IMG/VR virus record: IMGVR_UViG_3300025158_000005
Length of the DNA: 64,000 nt
Strand: one strand, 5' to 3'
Origin: a virus
The notes beneath the pieces are model-generated. The model ran no database searches. It was not told the DNA's origin and was given only the letters and a program-made list of their open reading frames with translations. This document shows, piece after piece, positions 1 to 10,737 of this stretch. Position 1 is the stretch's first letter; each line of letters starts with the position of its first letter. The position numbers and the translations under genes were made by a program.

Positions 1-7
1 GTAAAGA

Positions 8-376
8 ATGACAATTACATATCGTCAATCAAAAGGTTCTCCGCTATCATTCGCTGAAATGGACGAGAATCTTACGGAGCTGGCCGCGGGCATTCTACAT
101 TGGGCAGTGAAAACTGGCGCAGTAACTGCGACTCATACGGATCAAATTGTGGCTGACGTAACGTCCGGTTCATTCACGATTACGCTTCCGGCAGCCCCAA
201 CGAATAATCAATGGGTATCTGTCATGCTTTGGTTGGGTGGCACTACAAATACAGTAACCATCGATCCTGGTTCTGTAAAAATCATGGGTATAAACAGTAC
301 CTTTGGCATGAGCACTGGAAATGCGGTCGTTACGTTAGTTTATATCGATTCAACTAAGGGATGGATTATCGCATGA
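8..376 (+). CDS. Short virion/baseplate-associated fibre adaptor protein
   Basis: N-terminal KGSPLSFAEMDEN attachment motif (shared with 13536). C-terminal TLPAAP...KIMG...LVY...GW domain (shared with 9035 and 10360). Confidence 0.6.
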   Translation: MTITYRQSKGSPLSFAEMDENLTELAAGILHWAVKTGAVTATHTDQIVADVTSGSFTITLPAAPTNNQWVSVMLWLGGTTNTVTIDPGSVKIMGINSTFGMSTGNAVVTLVYIDSTKGWIIA

Positions 377-621
377 GTCATAAAATAGAAGAATTTTTTA
401 GAACGAGTTCCAGCGGCGGTGGAACAACTATGGGTGGTTCTGCGGGCATTGATATTGGTGGAATTATGTTTTCTCCTATCAACGATACTTACTTGATTAT
501 AGGCGATAGGGAATATCTAAAGGTGGGAAGTCTCGTTGAGGATGATGGGGTTCGTATGTTGGAAAAAGAAACAATAATTGGCTCTGGTAGAGCATCACAA
601 ATACTCTCAACCAGAGCATAA
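373..621 (+). pseudogene. Collapsed adhesin/chaperone fusion remnant
   Basis: ATGA-coupled start MSHKIEEFF resembles MSTLSQFF (10734). End GSGRASQILS resembles ASGRAAQILA of the chaperone at 11744. Confidence 0.45.
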
Positions 622-652
622 ATACTAAGATATAAACAAGGAGTTTTACACA

Positions 653-2092
653 ATGAGTGCCATTATTACAAACAAATTTAGAGTGAAGAATGCTTCTTCA
701 TTCATCGGCTCTACTGATTCATACTACATGTTCATCGGAAAGCCCGCCACATGGACCAGTGACTATGCTCCTGATACTCCTGTTGATAATATTGACAACG
801 AAGCACAAATATGGAATGACATGATGGCTATGAAGAAGATCGATTCTTCAAACATGTCTCATGGTATCACTAAGCGCATGTGGACCTCCGGTCAATTCTA
901 TGACATTTATCGTCATGATTATGGTTCAGTTGGCGTCACGGGTCTTGATATCAACACAGGAGCAGCAACTACTCCGGCTACTCTGTTCGATACAAATTAT
1001 TTTGTCGTTGATGGTGACTTTTCAATATGGATTTGTATAGCTAATCCTCATGGTGTTGCTAGTACAGTTGACCCTAGCACCATGACTCTAAATTCGACCA
1101 CAAAATTAACGTCAGGTTCAGCCGACGGTTACGTTTGGAAAAAGATCGCTGTTACTTCTGCGTCAGATATAATCAACTTTTCAACCTCTGATTTTCATCC
1201 AGTAAAAACTCTAACATCTGCTCCTCTTGCTGGTGATGTATATTATGAACAGTGGGGACTTCAAACAAGTTCTGCGGCAAATGCTGGTGCAATATTCAAT
1301 GTGGTAATTAATACTGCTGGTTCAGGATATGGTGCTAACCTATCAGGAAGCACGACCATTGCGAGCATCGTTGGTGATGGTACCGGAGCAACTGTTTCTG
1401 TTGACACCAACGGTTCTGGTGCGATTACTGCAATTAACGTAACCAACGTAGGCTCAGGATACACCTGGGCAAATGTCGTGTTGGGCGGTACCGGTACGCT
1501 TGCTACTGCAACCGCGATCATGACTCCTCTACTGGGTCTTGGTGCTGACCCAATCAATGATCTATGCGCTTCCAACGTTATCGTAAACGTGAAGTTCCAA
1601 TATGCAGATGGCAACGTGTTCACTGTACAAAATGATTATCGGCGCGTCGGGCTGGTTGTGAATCCTCTCCAATACGGTTCTTCAATTCTGTTGTCTTCCG
1701 CTGCCGCAACAACCATGACTACGATCAAGGTTACTGGCACCGTTGCGTTCCAGCCCGAGATGGTTGTGAAAGACTCGACGACCAATGCATATGGTTTTGT
1801 TGTTGACGTAACCGCAGGAACGGGTGGCGATGCAGATAAGACTATCGTTCGCGTAGTAAGAACCCGTACCGAAAATGCTCTCGTTGGAGCCAATGCTAAT
1901 GCATCATTCGGTGTTGGTAATACATTGACTGCCGTTTCTGGTGGTGTTGCCTCTGGTGTGATTGCTACCGCTGGTGTCGTATCTTCTGACGTTCAACCAT
2001 ACAGTGGTACATTGTGCTATGTTGAAAATCGTCGCCCAGTTATGCGTAGCGTTGACCAAGTCGAAAGCATCTCCGTAGTCTTTGAATGGTAA
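653..2092 (+). CDS. Baseplate wedge subunit, gp8-like
   Basis: MSAIITNKFR start, YDIYRHDY, DGYVWK and the YVENRRPVMRSVDQVE terminus typical of T4-like gp8. AGGAG RBS. Confidence 0.85.
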   Translation: MSAIITNKFRVKNASSFIGSTDSYYMFIGKPATWTSDYAPDTPVDNIDNEAQIWNDMMAMKKIDSSNMSHGITKRMWTSGQFYDIYRHDYGSVGVTGLDINTGAATTPATLFDTNYFVVDGDFSIWICIANPHGVASTVDPSTMTLNSTTKLTSGSADGYVWKKIAVTSASDIINFSTSDFHPVKTLTSAPLAGDVYYEQWGLQTSSAANAGAIFNVVINTAGSGYGANLSGSTTIASIVGDGTGATVSVDTNGSGAITAINVTNVGSGYTWANVVLGGTGTLATATAIMTPLLGLGADPINDLCASNVIVNVKFQYADGNVFTVQNDYRRVGLVVNPLQYGSSILLSSAAATTMTTIKVTGTVAFQPEMVVKDSTTNAYGFVVDVTAGTGGDADKTIVRVVRTRTENALVGANANASFGVGNTLTAVSGGVASGVIATAGVVSSDVQPYSGTLCYVENRRPVMRSVDQVESISVVFEW

Positions 2093-2101
2093 TAGCCAAG
2101 C

Positions 2102-2121
2102 GGGAGAACATAGGTTCTCCC
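2102..2121 (+). terminator. Hairpin GGGAGAAC-atag-GTTCTCCC followed by a late promoter CTAAATA
   Basis: Perfect 8-bp stem in the intergenic region; no clear U-tract. Confidence 0.45.
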
Positions 2122-2166
2122 TGCTAAATATTATCATAGTAACACCCATATAAAATCAGGAAATTC

Positions 2167-5100
2167 ATGACCACGAACTTCAATTTAAGTCCTTATTTCG
2201 ATGACTTTGCAGACTCAAACAACTACTATAAGGTACTGTTTCAGCCTTCGCGCCCTGTTCAAACTAGAGAACTAAACCAACTACAATCCATTCTACAGAA
2301 TCAAATTGCCAAGAACGGCGATTTCATGTTCAAGAATGGAGCGATGATCGTTCCTGGCCAAATATTCTTCGATAATACAGTCACTTATATCACTGTAAAC
2401 TCAGTAAACGGAGTCGGTGTTTCTGCTGACGTTCAATTGTCTTCTGCTGTTGGTAAGACTCTATCGAACGGTTCAACTACCACAGCAATCGTTGTGTTTA
2501 CGGAAGCAAGCACTGATGCTGATCTAACCACGTTGTTCATTCGTTATACAGGTGGTAACGGTACGTTCTCTGCTGGCGATACGTTAACAGCTACTGATTC
2601 GTCTGTTTCGTTCACCGTGTCCGCTGGAACCTCCGCTGTTCCTTATACAGGAACAGGTTCTATCGTTACGATCAATGATGGTGTCTACTACGTAAACGGA
2701 AACTTTGTCAACGTTTCCAAGCAAACTATTTCGCTTGACAAATATTCTAATACTCCTACGTGGACAGTCGGTCTGAACGTAGTTGAGACAATCGTTACCG
2801 CTAACGATGATTCAAGTCTATATGATAATGCTCTTGGATATCCCAACTACGGTGCACCTGGCGCAGACCGTTACAAGATCATGCTAACACTGGGTAAGAA
2901 GGATTACTCAACGACTCGGGTTACCGGTTCCGATCTTCAGTTTATCGATCTTCTTCAAGTTCAGAATGGTGTTATTACCTTTGAAGTAGATGACACCGCA
3001 TTCGCATCGTTTGAACGTATGATGGCAACCCGCACGTATGATGAAGCGGGAGACTTCTTGGTGAATCCGGTTACGTTCTCTGTGACGGACTATCGTTCGA
3101 ACAATCGTGGAAACTGGGCATCGAATACAGCATACCTCGTTGGTGACGTAGTAAAGACTGTGGATGGATCATACTGGGAAGCAAACTCGTCTGGTGTTTC
3201 AAGTACAACAGAGCCGACCACTCTAACGAATACCCAATGGGCTGTTACCGATGGCGACGTAAATTGGGCGTATACGAATACTCCAGTTTATAACAACGGT
3301 ATCAACGTTGATGGTAACACGGTTACCCTTGATACGATGCTTGCTAACGATCAACAAATGGTATACAAGGTGTCTCCAGGTTCTGGTTACATCAAGGGAT
3401 TCCGTGTTGTCAAGCAAGGTCCATCATTCGATGCAACAAGCAAAGCAACTGATCATGTTTATCAACCAGCAGAAATCGTTTCGATCAACGCTGGTAGCAA
3501 CATGCAGGTCACAAACGTATCTGGTATACCAGACATTCACACGTATGAACTACTAAATGTCTATTATACCCAACAAACGGAAACCTGGGCTTCCTTGAAG
3601 CGCACCGCAGTTGGTACATGCAACATCGTTGGCGGTGTCATTGTAAACTCAAGTATTCAACTAACAGACTATGGTTTCGGTTACGATCCACAGAATCCTC
3701 CTACCGTAACGATTACCTCTGGCTCACCATCGACTGCTGCCACGTTCAAGGTCAACATGAGTCTGGACGGGCAGATTCAATCAATCGTGGCAGTAAATGC
3801 CGGCGCAGGCTACACAAACGGAACTGGTCTTTCTCTAACGATTGATGCACCTGGCGCAAATGCTCCCGTTATCGGAACATGTCGTGTTCGCTCAATGGAA
3901 TATTCACAAGGAACAATCGGTATCAGTTCATGTGTATATGACGTTCAGGTATTTGATGTGAATCTGAACCCTGGTTATAACTTCCAAGAACATGCATTCT
4001 CCCTACAAAACGCATCTGGTTCGTTCAAGTGTGATATCAACCGCACTTACACAACGCTTCTTGGTACGGTAAGCATTACGTCCGGTTCGAAGTCTGTTTC
4101 TGGTGTGGGTACAAACTTCATGGCTTCCCTGAATCCTGGGCAGTTGATTCGGATCGGCGGTGCATATTACAATCGTGTTGGTATTGACAATTACTCTAAC
4201 GTAGCATTCACATCAAGCAACAACTTTACCGCCAGTCTTTCAAATACTCTGATTGAATTGGTGACGAACAGTTTTGTCTCGACAGGCGCATTGATTCAAT
4301 CGATGCCTAAGCCATTCGTGCGTAGTCTTCGTGCGGCTGATGATGCAACCTCTACGATGCAATATACCATAGTTCGTCATTACACGACCACAGTAACGTC
4401 AAATAACGCAACGATCACGCTATCGGTTCCAGGCGAAACGTTCACGAATCCTTTGACTACCGGAAACTATCTGGTTGCGATTCAGAATGGTGCAATCTAC
4501 ACGACCGCACAATACACCGTCACACGCACTTCAGACACACAAATAACAATCAACATTCCATCGTTGTCAAGTGGCACGATTGAAGTTCTGACAAAGATTA
4601 CTAAGAACGTCGGAGCGTCTAAGGAGAAGCAAAAGACTCTCAAGATTGGTACCTTGTCAATTACTAACGTGAGTCAGGTTGCTGCTTCTACGATTACCCT
4701 ACCTAACGCAGATATCTACCGTATCGTCAAGATCATGCAGTCAAACGGTATCGGTACCGTAACAGGTGGAAACTACCCGGCTTTCGTTGCCGCTAATGCA
4801 ACCGATCTAACGAATAACTACACGGTGTTTAACGGGCAAAATTCGTTCTACTACGATCTAGGTTCTATCACGTTGAACAAGGGAGCACAAGCACCTAACA
4901 ATACGTTGATGATCGTATATGAGTATTTCCAACATTCAGCGGGAGATTACTGTTCTGTTAACTCATATGGCAATCTTCCATATGAAAAGTTGACTCCGAT
5001 GCAAACGAATACAATTGACTTCCGCCCAGTAAACGGAACAACCGATTTCACTACCGGGCAGATTACCGAACCTCTTGTTTACGGTTCAGATTTTGTGACC

Positions 5101-8100
5101 GACTATTCATACTATCTACCTCGTGCAGACTTGTTAGAGTTGAAGTCTGACGGTTCTATCGTTGTTCTAAACGGAACATCTGGATATGATCTAGTTACTC
5201 CTTCGGCTGATGCTGATGCCATGGGAATTGCAACCGCGGTTGTTGCTCCTGGTAATATTGATATCAACATCAACACTGTTCAGATTACTCCAATCGGGAC
5301 AAAGCGTTACACGATGAAGGATGTTGGTTCTCTTGATCAACGTATCTCCGATCTTGAGTATTACACTCAACTGTCCGTGCTTGAGTCACAAACTTTGAAT
5401 ACCAATGTTACCGACCAAAACGGGCTAGATCGATACAAAGCAGGTATCTTGGTTGATTCCTTAACGAATAACCCTGATTCTGCTGTTGACTCAACGAATC
5501 CGGATCATAACTGTACTGTAGACTATACAAAGGGTATTGGTCGTGCTTCTGTTGACGTAAAGAACATCAACATGAACGAGTTCTTTACCGTTGATTCACA
5601 ACGTTTGACAAACAATTACCAACGTACAGGTAACACAATCACACTACCATACACGAATCAAGTTGCCATTAGTCAAGTCAACGGCAACGCACATTCATTC
5701 GTTAACCCGTTTCAGATTATTTCGTACAACGGTTTCGCAACGCTTTATCCTAACAATGACGTATGGGTTGACCAAACTGTTATCTCCAACAATACAGTTT
5801 ATTCATCAACCTCTGCATATAATGCAGCTATCGCTGCCGGGCACACCAGCGGAACATGGGACTCATGGACTGTCAACTATCAATCCTATCTAACTGGATA
5901 TCAGAATCGTTGGTTGAAAGGAGTCACAAGTGGTTCATTTACGTCTTCCGGTCTTTCTGGTAACACAGGCACAGTAACGCTGTTTGCCGGGCAAGCGAAT
6001 GCGGGTGGAGGTTCATCGAGTTCAAATAACTGGCTGACTGCTGCAAATGCTCAACTATATGCAGCCAACGGTTTGCAACTCGGAACAATGATCGGTAATC
6101 AAGGTGGTAACACTGCTGTCCTTTCTCCTTGGGGGGATGGCGCATCACAATACATTTACAACTTCCAAGGCACGAATACTCGGTATTCTCTGACACAAAA
6201 CGTATCTACCTCAACCAATGTTGTCAATGAAGTTCCTCTAGGATACACACGTACCCGCCCAATCTTCTTCAAGATTGAGGGATGCATGCCTAACACCACG
6301 ATGAACACGATTACGTTTGGTAATACCACGTTACCGATCGATCAGTCTGGTGATATCGAACTCGCAATGACCGTTAGAATTCCGGGAATTGCTCCAATTT
6401 CATCACTAAGAACGTTCTATGATACAAGCGTAGTCTCCGATGCGGAAAAGATAAATCAAGCGTCTGGACGCACTGTGTCTACTAGCGTCCTCCAGAAATA
6501 CACTGACAATTCACCTCTGACGACCATCGTTTGGGACAAGGGCGGATACGTAACCAACAACTATGGCGGTACTGCTGTTCTAGGTGACGTTGTTCAATAT
6601 AGCAATTACTATGAATTGGAGTGTGTGAACGCTCAAGGTACATGGAATACCAGTTGTTATGTCGCATCTGATGGATACAATCTAGGATATCCGACGGCTG
6701 TTGTCGCAGGCGCTGTGTCGCATACGATTACGTTGAATGCATCCGGTCGCGGTTTCGGTGTGTTCTATCCAATCTGCAACAAGACGAAGCGTTTCCCATC
6801 TGGAACAAATAAACTGACGTTCTCTAACAATACAAATCCGCTTGATGCAACTTCTACAGCCTCAGCCACGTATTATGCAAGCGGATTGTCACAACAAGTC
6901 AATCAGACAACCAACGTAACGAATGACGTAACAAGTCAAGTCATTGGTTATAACTACTTCAGTGAAACTGTCGATTATCATGAACCAATCGCACAGACTT
7001 TCTTGATCGACAAGTCTGTTGATACCGGTTATTACATCACAGGTATTGACTTATTCGTGGCTGTCTCTGATTCAAATACCCCATTGATCGTGAATATTGC
7101 AACTGCTCTGAATGGTTATCCAACTCAGAATTATATCGCAACCAAGGTAGTTTACTCGAGGCAAGTTATTGCTAACGCAACGACTCCTGCGGCTTCATAT
7201 ATCGCATTTGATAATCCTGTGTTCTTGGCATCCGGTCAAGAATATGCGTTGGTTCTAACGGCCGCACAGAGCATCGTGTGGAAGACATGGGTGAATGATC
7301 TTACGATTCCTGGTTCCGTGAACAGTAACACAACTCCTTCGATTGGTTCATTCTTCGAATCACAAAACAGTTCAACATGGACTGCCGATCAAACTAAGGA
7401 CCTAACGTTCAATCTATATCGGGCAAAGTTCAAAACAGCTTATCCTGCTGATGTTACATACGTGAACAACGCATTGACTCCGATTCTATTGGCGTTGAAT
7501 CCTCTTTACAGTATCTCTGGTTCAAGCATTGTTCGTGTACGTCAACCATCGCATGGTTTTACTATTGGTGACAAGGTTACAATGTCTTCATTCTTGCCTG
7601 GTTCGTTTACTACTCTAGGAAGTTCTGCCGTAACAAAGACCTTGACTGTTATCGATACCAAGTATGATTCGTATCTAGTTGATTTCTCTGAGATAGCTGG
7701 TGGCACAGCAACATATACGGGCTACTTTGGTGGTTCTGCCGTGACAGCCACTACTCAGATTCAATTCTCGACAGTGATGCCAAGTGTTGACGTTCAATCG
7801 TTCTCTGGCACAGATTACACAATTGGAATGACTCCAGTTTCATACGTAATGACTCCGACAAAGCAACTAACGGCTCAAGCAGAAGTTATTGCAATCAACA
7901 ATCAGACCGTTGAACTAACAGAATCATGTATCGTTCTCGCTCCTGCTAACGAGGTCGCTTCTTCATCTTACGCTGGCGGCAAGTCATTTAATCTTCGCGT
8001 TACCATGACAAGTACCAAGGATAATCTATCTCCTGCACTGAGAGTGGATCGTGCCAATCTTGTTCTTGTTCGTAACAGAATTAATAGCCCTTCTTACGTA

Positions 8101-8832
8101 TCCTCTGCGGCTGAGCAAGATCATGGTTTCGATGATATAACGTTGTTGACAACACAGACGGTAACGTATGATTATAATCAAGCAGCGCCATCAAACAGTT
8201 CTATTACTATATCCGCCGGATTCGACGCTAATCTGTTTAGCAACGTTGCCGTGGGCAAGTACATTGTCACAACTGGTGGCACTACTGCTAACGTGAACCG
8301 CGCATTCTTGATCAACAACGTGACAAATAACGGAACGAGCATGATCATTGGTGTTGATGGTACTCAAGTTATCAACACAAGTACAGGACTTGTTGTCTCG
8401 AACTTCACGGATGAACTGGCTGCCGGAGGCAAAACAACAACTCTGGTTCTCAAGAATGCGTTGAGTCTAGATGTTGCTCCGTATTACTCAAGTACCCTAA
8501 GCAACTACGTTTCTGCGCCAATGACGCTATCTGTTCCTTCTACTGGAGTTCGCGTTACATTGGATATCAACAACCCAGTTGGAACGTACCTTGAAGTCTA
8601 CTATCGCGGGGTTCAACAAAATGGATTCAATTTCTTGAGCCAGACTCCTTGGGTGAGAATTTCAGATCCTGCGATAAGTAACACCAACGATCTTCTGACG
8701 TTCAAGGAAACGACCTGGGAAGTTTCTAGCGTACCTTCATTTGACAAAGTTCAAATCAAGATCGCCCTGAAAGCGGATGTCGATTCGAATACCCCCAAGT
8801 TCAAGAACGTTAGAGTGATGGCACTAGCATGA
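2167..8832 (+). CDS. Large virion structural protein (DUF4815/VrlC-like)
   Basis: NLSPYFDDF, VQTRELNQLQSILQNQ, APGADRYKI, RYTMKDVG..RI..LEYYT and PIAQTF motifs; 2221 aa. Confidence 0.85.
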   Translation: MTTNFNLSPYFDDFADSNNYYKVLFQPSRPVQTRELNQLQSILQNQIAKNGDFMFKNGAMIVPGQIFFDNTVTYITVNSVNGVGVSADVQLSSAVGKTLSNGSTTTAIVVFTEASTDADLTTLFIRYTGGNGTFSAGDTLTATDSSVSFTVSAGTSAVPYTGTGSIVTINDGVYYVNGNFVNVSKQTISLDKYSNTPTWTVGLNVVETIVTANDDSSLYDNALGYPNYGAPGADRYKIMLTLGKKDYSTTRVTGSDLQFIDLLQVQNGVITFEVDDTAFASFERMMATRTYDEAGDFLVNPVTFSVTDYRSNNRGNWASNTAYLVGDVVKTVDGSYWEANSSGVSSTTEPTTLTNTQWAVTDGDVNWAYTNTPVYNNGINVDGNTVTLDTMLANDQQMVYKVSPGSGYIKGFRVVKQGPSFDATSKATDHVYQPAEIVSINAGSNMQVTNVSGIPDIHTYELLNVYYTQQTETWASLKRTAVGTCNIVGGVIVNSSIQLTDYGFGYDPQNPPTVTITSGSPSTAATFKVNMSLDGQIQSIVAVNAGAGYTNGTGLSLTIDAPGANAPVIGTCRVRSMEYSQGTIGISSCVYDVQVFDVNLNPGYNFQEHAFSLQNASGSFKCDINRTYTTLLGTVSITSGSKSVSGVGTNFMASLNPGQLIRIGGAYYNRVGIDNYSNVAFTSSNNFTASLSNTLIELVTNSFVSTGALIQSMPKPFVRSLRAADDATSTMQYTIVRHYTTTVTSNNATITLSVPGETFTNPLTTGNYLVAIQNGAIYTTAQYTVTRTSDTQITINIPSLSSGTIEVLTKITKNVGASKEKQKTLKIGTLSITNVSQVAASTITLPNADIYRIVKIMQSNGIGTVTGGNYPAFVAANATDLTNNYTVFNGQNSFYYDLGSITLNKGAQAPNNTLMIVYEYFQHSAGDYCSVNSYGNLPYEKLTPMQTNTIDFRPVNGTTDFTTGQITEPLVYGSDFVTDYSYYLPRADLLELKSDGSIVVLNGTSGYDLVTPSADADAMGIATAVVAPGNIDININTVQITPIGTKRYTMKDVGSLDQRISDLEYYTQLSVLESQTLNTNVTDQNGLDRYKAGILVDSLTNNPDSAVDSTNPDHNCTVDYTKGIGRASVDVKNINMNEFFTVDSQRLTNNYQRTGNTITLPYTNQVAISQVNGNAHSFVNPFQIISYNGFATLYPNNDVWVDQTVISNNTVYSSTSAYNAAIAAGHTSGTWDSWTVNYQSYLTGYQNRWLKGVTSGSFTSSGLSGNTGTVTLFAGQANAGGGSSSSNNWLTAANAQLYAANGLQLGTMIGNQGGNTAVLSPWGDGASQYIYNFQGTNTRYSLTQNVSTSTNVVNEVPLGYTRTRPIFFKIEGCMPNTTMNTITFGNTTLPIDQSGDIELAMTVRIPGIAPISSLRTFYDTSVVSDAEKINQASGRTVSTSVLQKYTDNSPLTTIVWDKGGYVTNNYGGTAVLGDVVQYSNYYELECVNAQGTWNTSCYVASDGYNLGYPTAVVAGAVSHTITLNASGRGFGVFYPICNKTKRFPSGTNKLTFSNNTNPLDATSTASATYYASGLSQQVNQTTNVTNDVTSQVIGYNYFSETVDYHEPIAQTFLIDKSVDTGYYITGIDLFVAVSDSNTPLIVNIATALNGYPTQNYIATKVVYSRQVIANATTPAASYIAFDNPVFLASGQEYALVLTAAQSIVWKTWVNDLTIPGSVNSNTTPSIGSFFESQNSSTWTADQTKDLTFNLYRAKFKTAYPADVTYVNNALTPILLALNPLYSISGSSIVRVRQPSHGFTIGDKVTMSSFLPGSFTTLGSSAVTKTLTVIDTKYDSYLVDFSEIAGGTATYTGYFGGSAVTATTQIQFSTVMPSVDVQSFSGTDYTIGMTPVSYVMTPTKQLTAQAEVIAINNQTVELTESCIVLAPANEVASSSYAGGKSFNLRVTMTSTKDNLSPALRVDRANLVLVRNRINSPSYVSSAAEQDHGFDDITLLTTQTVTYDYNQAAPSNSSITISAGFDANLFSNVAVGKYIVTTGGTTANVNRAFLINNVTNNGTSMIIGVDGTQVINTSTGLVVSNFTDELAAGGKTTTLVLKNALSLDVAPYYSSTLSNYVSAPMTLSVPSTGVRVTLDINNPVGTYLEVYYRGVQQNGFNFLSQTPWVRISDPAISNTNDLLTFKETTWEVSSVPSFDKVQIKIALKADVDSNTPKFKNVRVMALA

Positions 8833-9038
8833 TACCTGTAAAAGACAATCCAAATTGGTTTCGTGATGCCTCCGGCGCAATCGTCAATCATGATAAGAAT
8901 ACGTACATGGCTTATCAAGAGAAAAGACAGATTTCGGCCGCTAACATAGACAGAATTGATCGCTTGGAAGTTGGTTTTGCAGAGATAAATAATAAGATGA
9001 ATCAACTCATTTCACTCTTATCAGGTAGCAAGCAATGA
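8829..9038 (+). CDS. Conserved small T4-like protein (RD.SGAIVN)
   Basis: Coupled to the DUF4815-like gene; the motif is commonly seen at this position. Confidence 0.7.
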   Translation: MIPVKDNPNWFRDASGAIVNHDKNTYMAYQEKRQISAANIDRIDRLEVGFAEINNKMNQLISLLSGSKQ

Positions 9039-10363
9039 CCGATTTCGTAACAGTCCAAAGAACAGACACATTCGACACGTGGAGAGCGCAAACAAACGTT
9101 CTTGGCACAAACGTCGGAGCAATGTCTGGATTGAGCGGTGCGTTTTCTGGGCATAATTCTAACCTTGTTACCGCCATGAACTATCTTCAAACGTCCGCTG
9201 GTGTTTCTGCCGGAGGTATTGAACAACAAACTGCTAGTTCCAGTCAGACGGTATTCACTTTAACAACTCTGTCATATTCGGTTGGCACTGGTTCATTGAA
9301 GGTCTATATTGATGGTATTCGTCAGTTCCCAGGAACATACACGGAAACCAATAGTACCACGGTAACGTTCTCTGCTGGTTTGTCTGCTGCTTCTGTTGCA
9401 GCGTTTGAAGTTGCCGGTTTGCAGCCGATGGAGTTCAATGCGAACGCATTATCTGGAGCTACTCTAGCATCAAGCGTTGTTACATCAAGTCTAACGACCG
9501 TTGGAACGATTGGTACAGGTGTATGGCAAGGTTCTGTTGTCGCAGGTCAATACGGCGGCACCGGTGTAGCAAACACGGGCAAGACGATCACTCTAGGCGG
9601 TAATCTTACAACGTCTGGAGCATTCGCAACCACATTGACGATTACCGCTGCAACCAACGTCACGTTGCCGACAAGCGGAACACTAGCTACAACTGGACAA
9701 CAATTCTACATTGGAACGACCGCGATCGCAATCAATCAAGGTTCGGGAACGGTTACCCTTCCTAACGCGGCGTTAACTAATAGTTCTGTTACGATTGGTT
9801 CGACTGCTGTTTCACTCGGTTCGACAGTCACCGCATTCTCAGGATTGACTACATTGAGAATGTCTGGCCAGTTGACAAGCACTCTAGCTACAGGAACTGC
9901 TCCATTTGTGGTTGCTTCAACAACCAACGTAGCCAATTTGAATGCATCAAGTTTAAAAGGTGCGACATTTGCTGCTCCCGGCGCGATTGGAAGTGCCACC
10001 CCAGCGTCAGGAACATTTACTACACTAACCGCGACAGCGGCAGGAACATTTACTGCACTAACCGCAACTGGTGCGTCAACAATCGAAGGATATACCACAA
10101 GAATTATCAGTACGACCACAACAGCCACGGCTGGCACAACGTATGTAGCTACGGCTTCACTTGCATTCACGTTGCCGGCTTCGCCTGCTGCTGGTGATGT
10201 TGTTGGTTTCGTCAACGCATCAGCAACGACTACATGCACGATTAATCCGGGATCAAATTATATTATGGGGGTATCTGGAACAATGACAGTCGATTCTCTA
10301 AACGCGAATTTCAATCTGCAATATTCTGGCAACAGTACGGCTCCGGGATGGGTGTTCATATGA
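9035..10363 (+). CDS. Tail/fibre protein
   Basis: DTFDTWRAQTN N-terminal fibre motif, Thr/Gly-rich shaft, C-terminal TLPASP...IMG...GW domain. Confidence 0.75.
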   Translation: MTDFVTVQRTDTFDTWRAQTNVLGTNVGAMSGLSGAFSGHNSNLVTAMNYLQTSAGVSAGGIEQQTASSSQTVFTLTTLSYSVGTGSLKVYIDGIRQFPGTYTETNSTTVTFSAGLSAASVAAFEVAGLQPMEFNANALSGATLASSVVTSSLTTVGTIGTGVWQGSVVAGQYGGTGVANTGKTITLGGNLTTSGAFATTLTITAATNVTLPTSGTLATTGQQFYIGTTAIAINQGSGTVTLPNAALTNSSVTIGSTAVSLGSTVTAFSGLTTLRMSGQLTSTLATGTAPFVVASTTNVANLNASSLKGATFAAPGAIGSATPASGTFTTLTATAAGTFTALTATGASTIEGYTTRIISTTTTATAGTTYVATASLAFTLPASPAAGDVVGFVNASATTTCTINPGSNYIMGVSGTMTVDSLNANFNLQYSGNSTAPGWVFI

Positions 10364-10737
10364 TGCAACTACCTAAGCGAAGTCATGAGTTTTTGATAAA
10401 GCGGATTGACAGAACTAAGAAATTCACCACGGTTGATCTAACGGTCGAGTCGGGTGACGAATATGATTATACGTATGTCGTTGATGGTGGTTCGTATTCT
10501 GCAAACACCTTCATGAAGAAGGGTGTATTAGTTCTTCCTACGAAACCACACGTAGGATTTCAAATTTTTGTGAGTGATCAGTTTGGGTCATGGAAATGGT
10601 ATCCGCTGATGATTCATCGTAACGGGCAAAGAATAATGGGTATAGAAGAAAATATGGAGTGCGACATGGAATACGCAGTATTCAAGATGATATATGTAAA
10701 CCCTAGTATTGGTTGGAAAGTGGAGGATGGGCTATGA
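10360..10737 (+). CDS. Stand-alone fibre-tip/adaptor domain protein
   Basis: LPTKPHVG...IHRNGQRIMG...MIY...GW, paralogous to the C-termini of 8..376 and 9035..10363. Confidence 0.6.
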   Translation: MMQLPKRSHEFLIKRIDRTKKFTTVDLTVESGDEYDYTYVVDGGSYSANTFMKKGVLVLPTKPHVGFQIFVSDQFGSWKWYPLMIHRNGQRIMGIEENMECDMEYAVFKMIYVNPSIGWKVEDGL

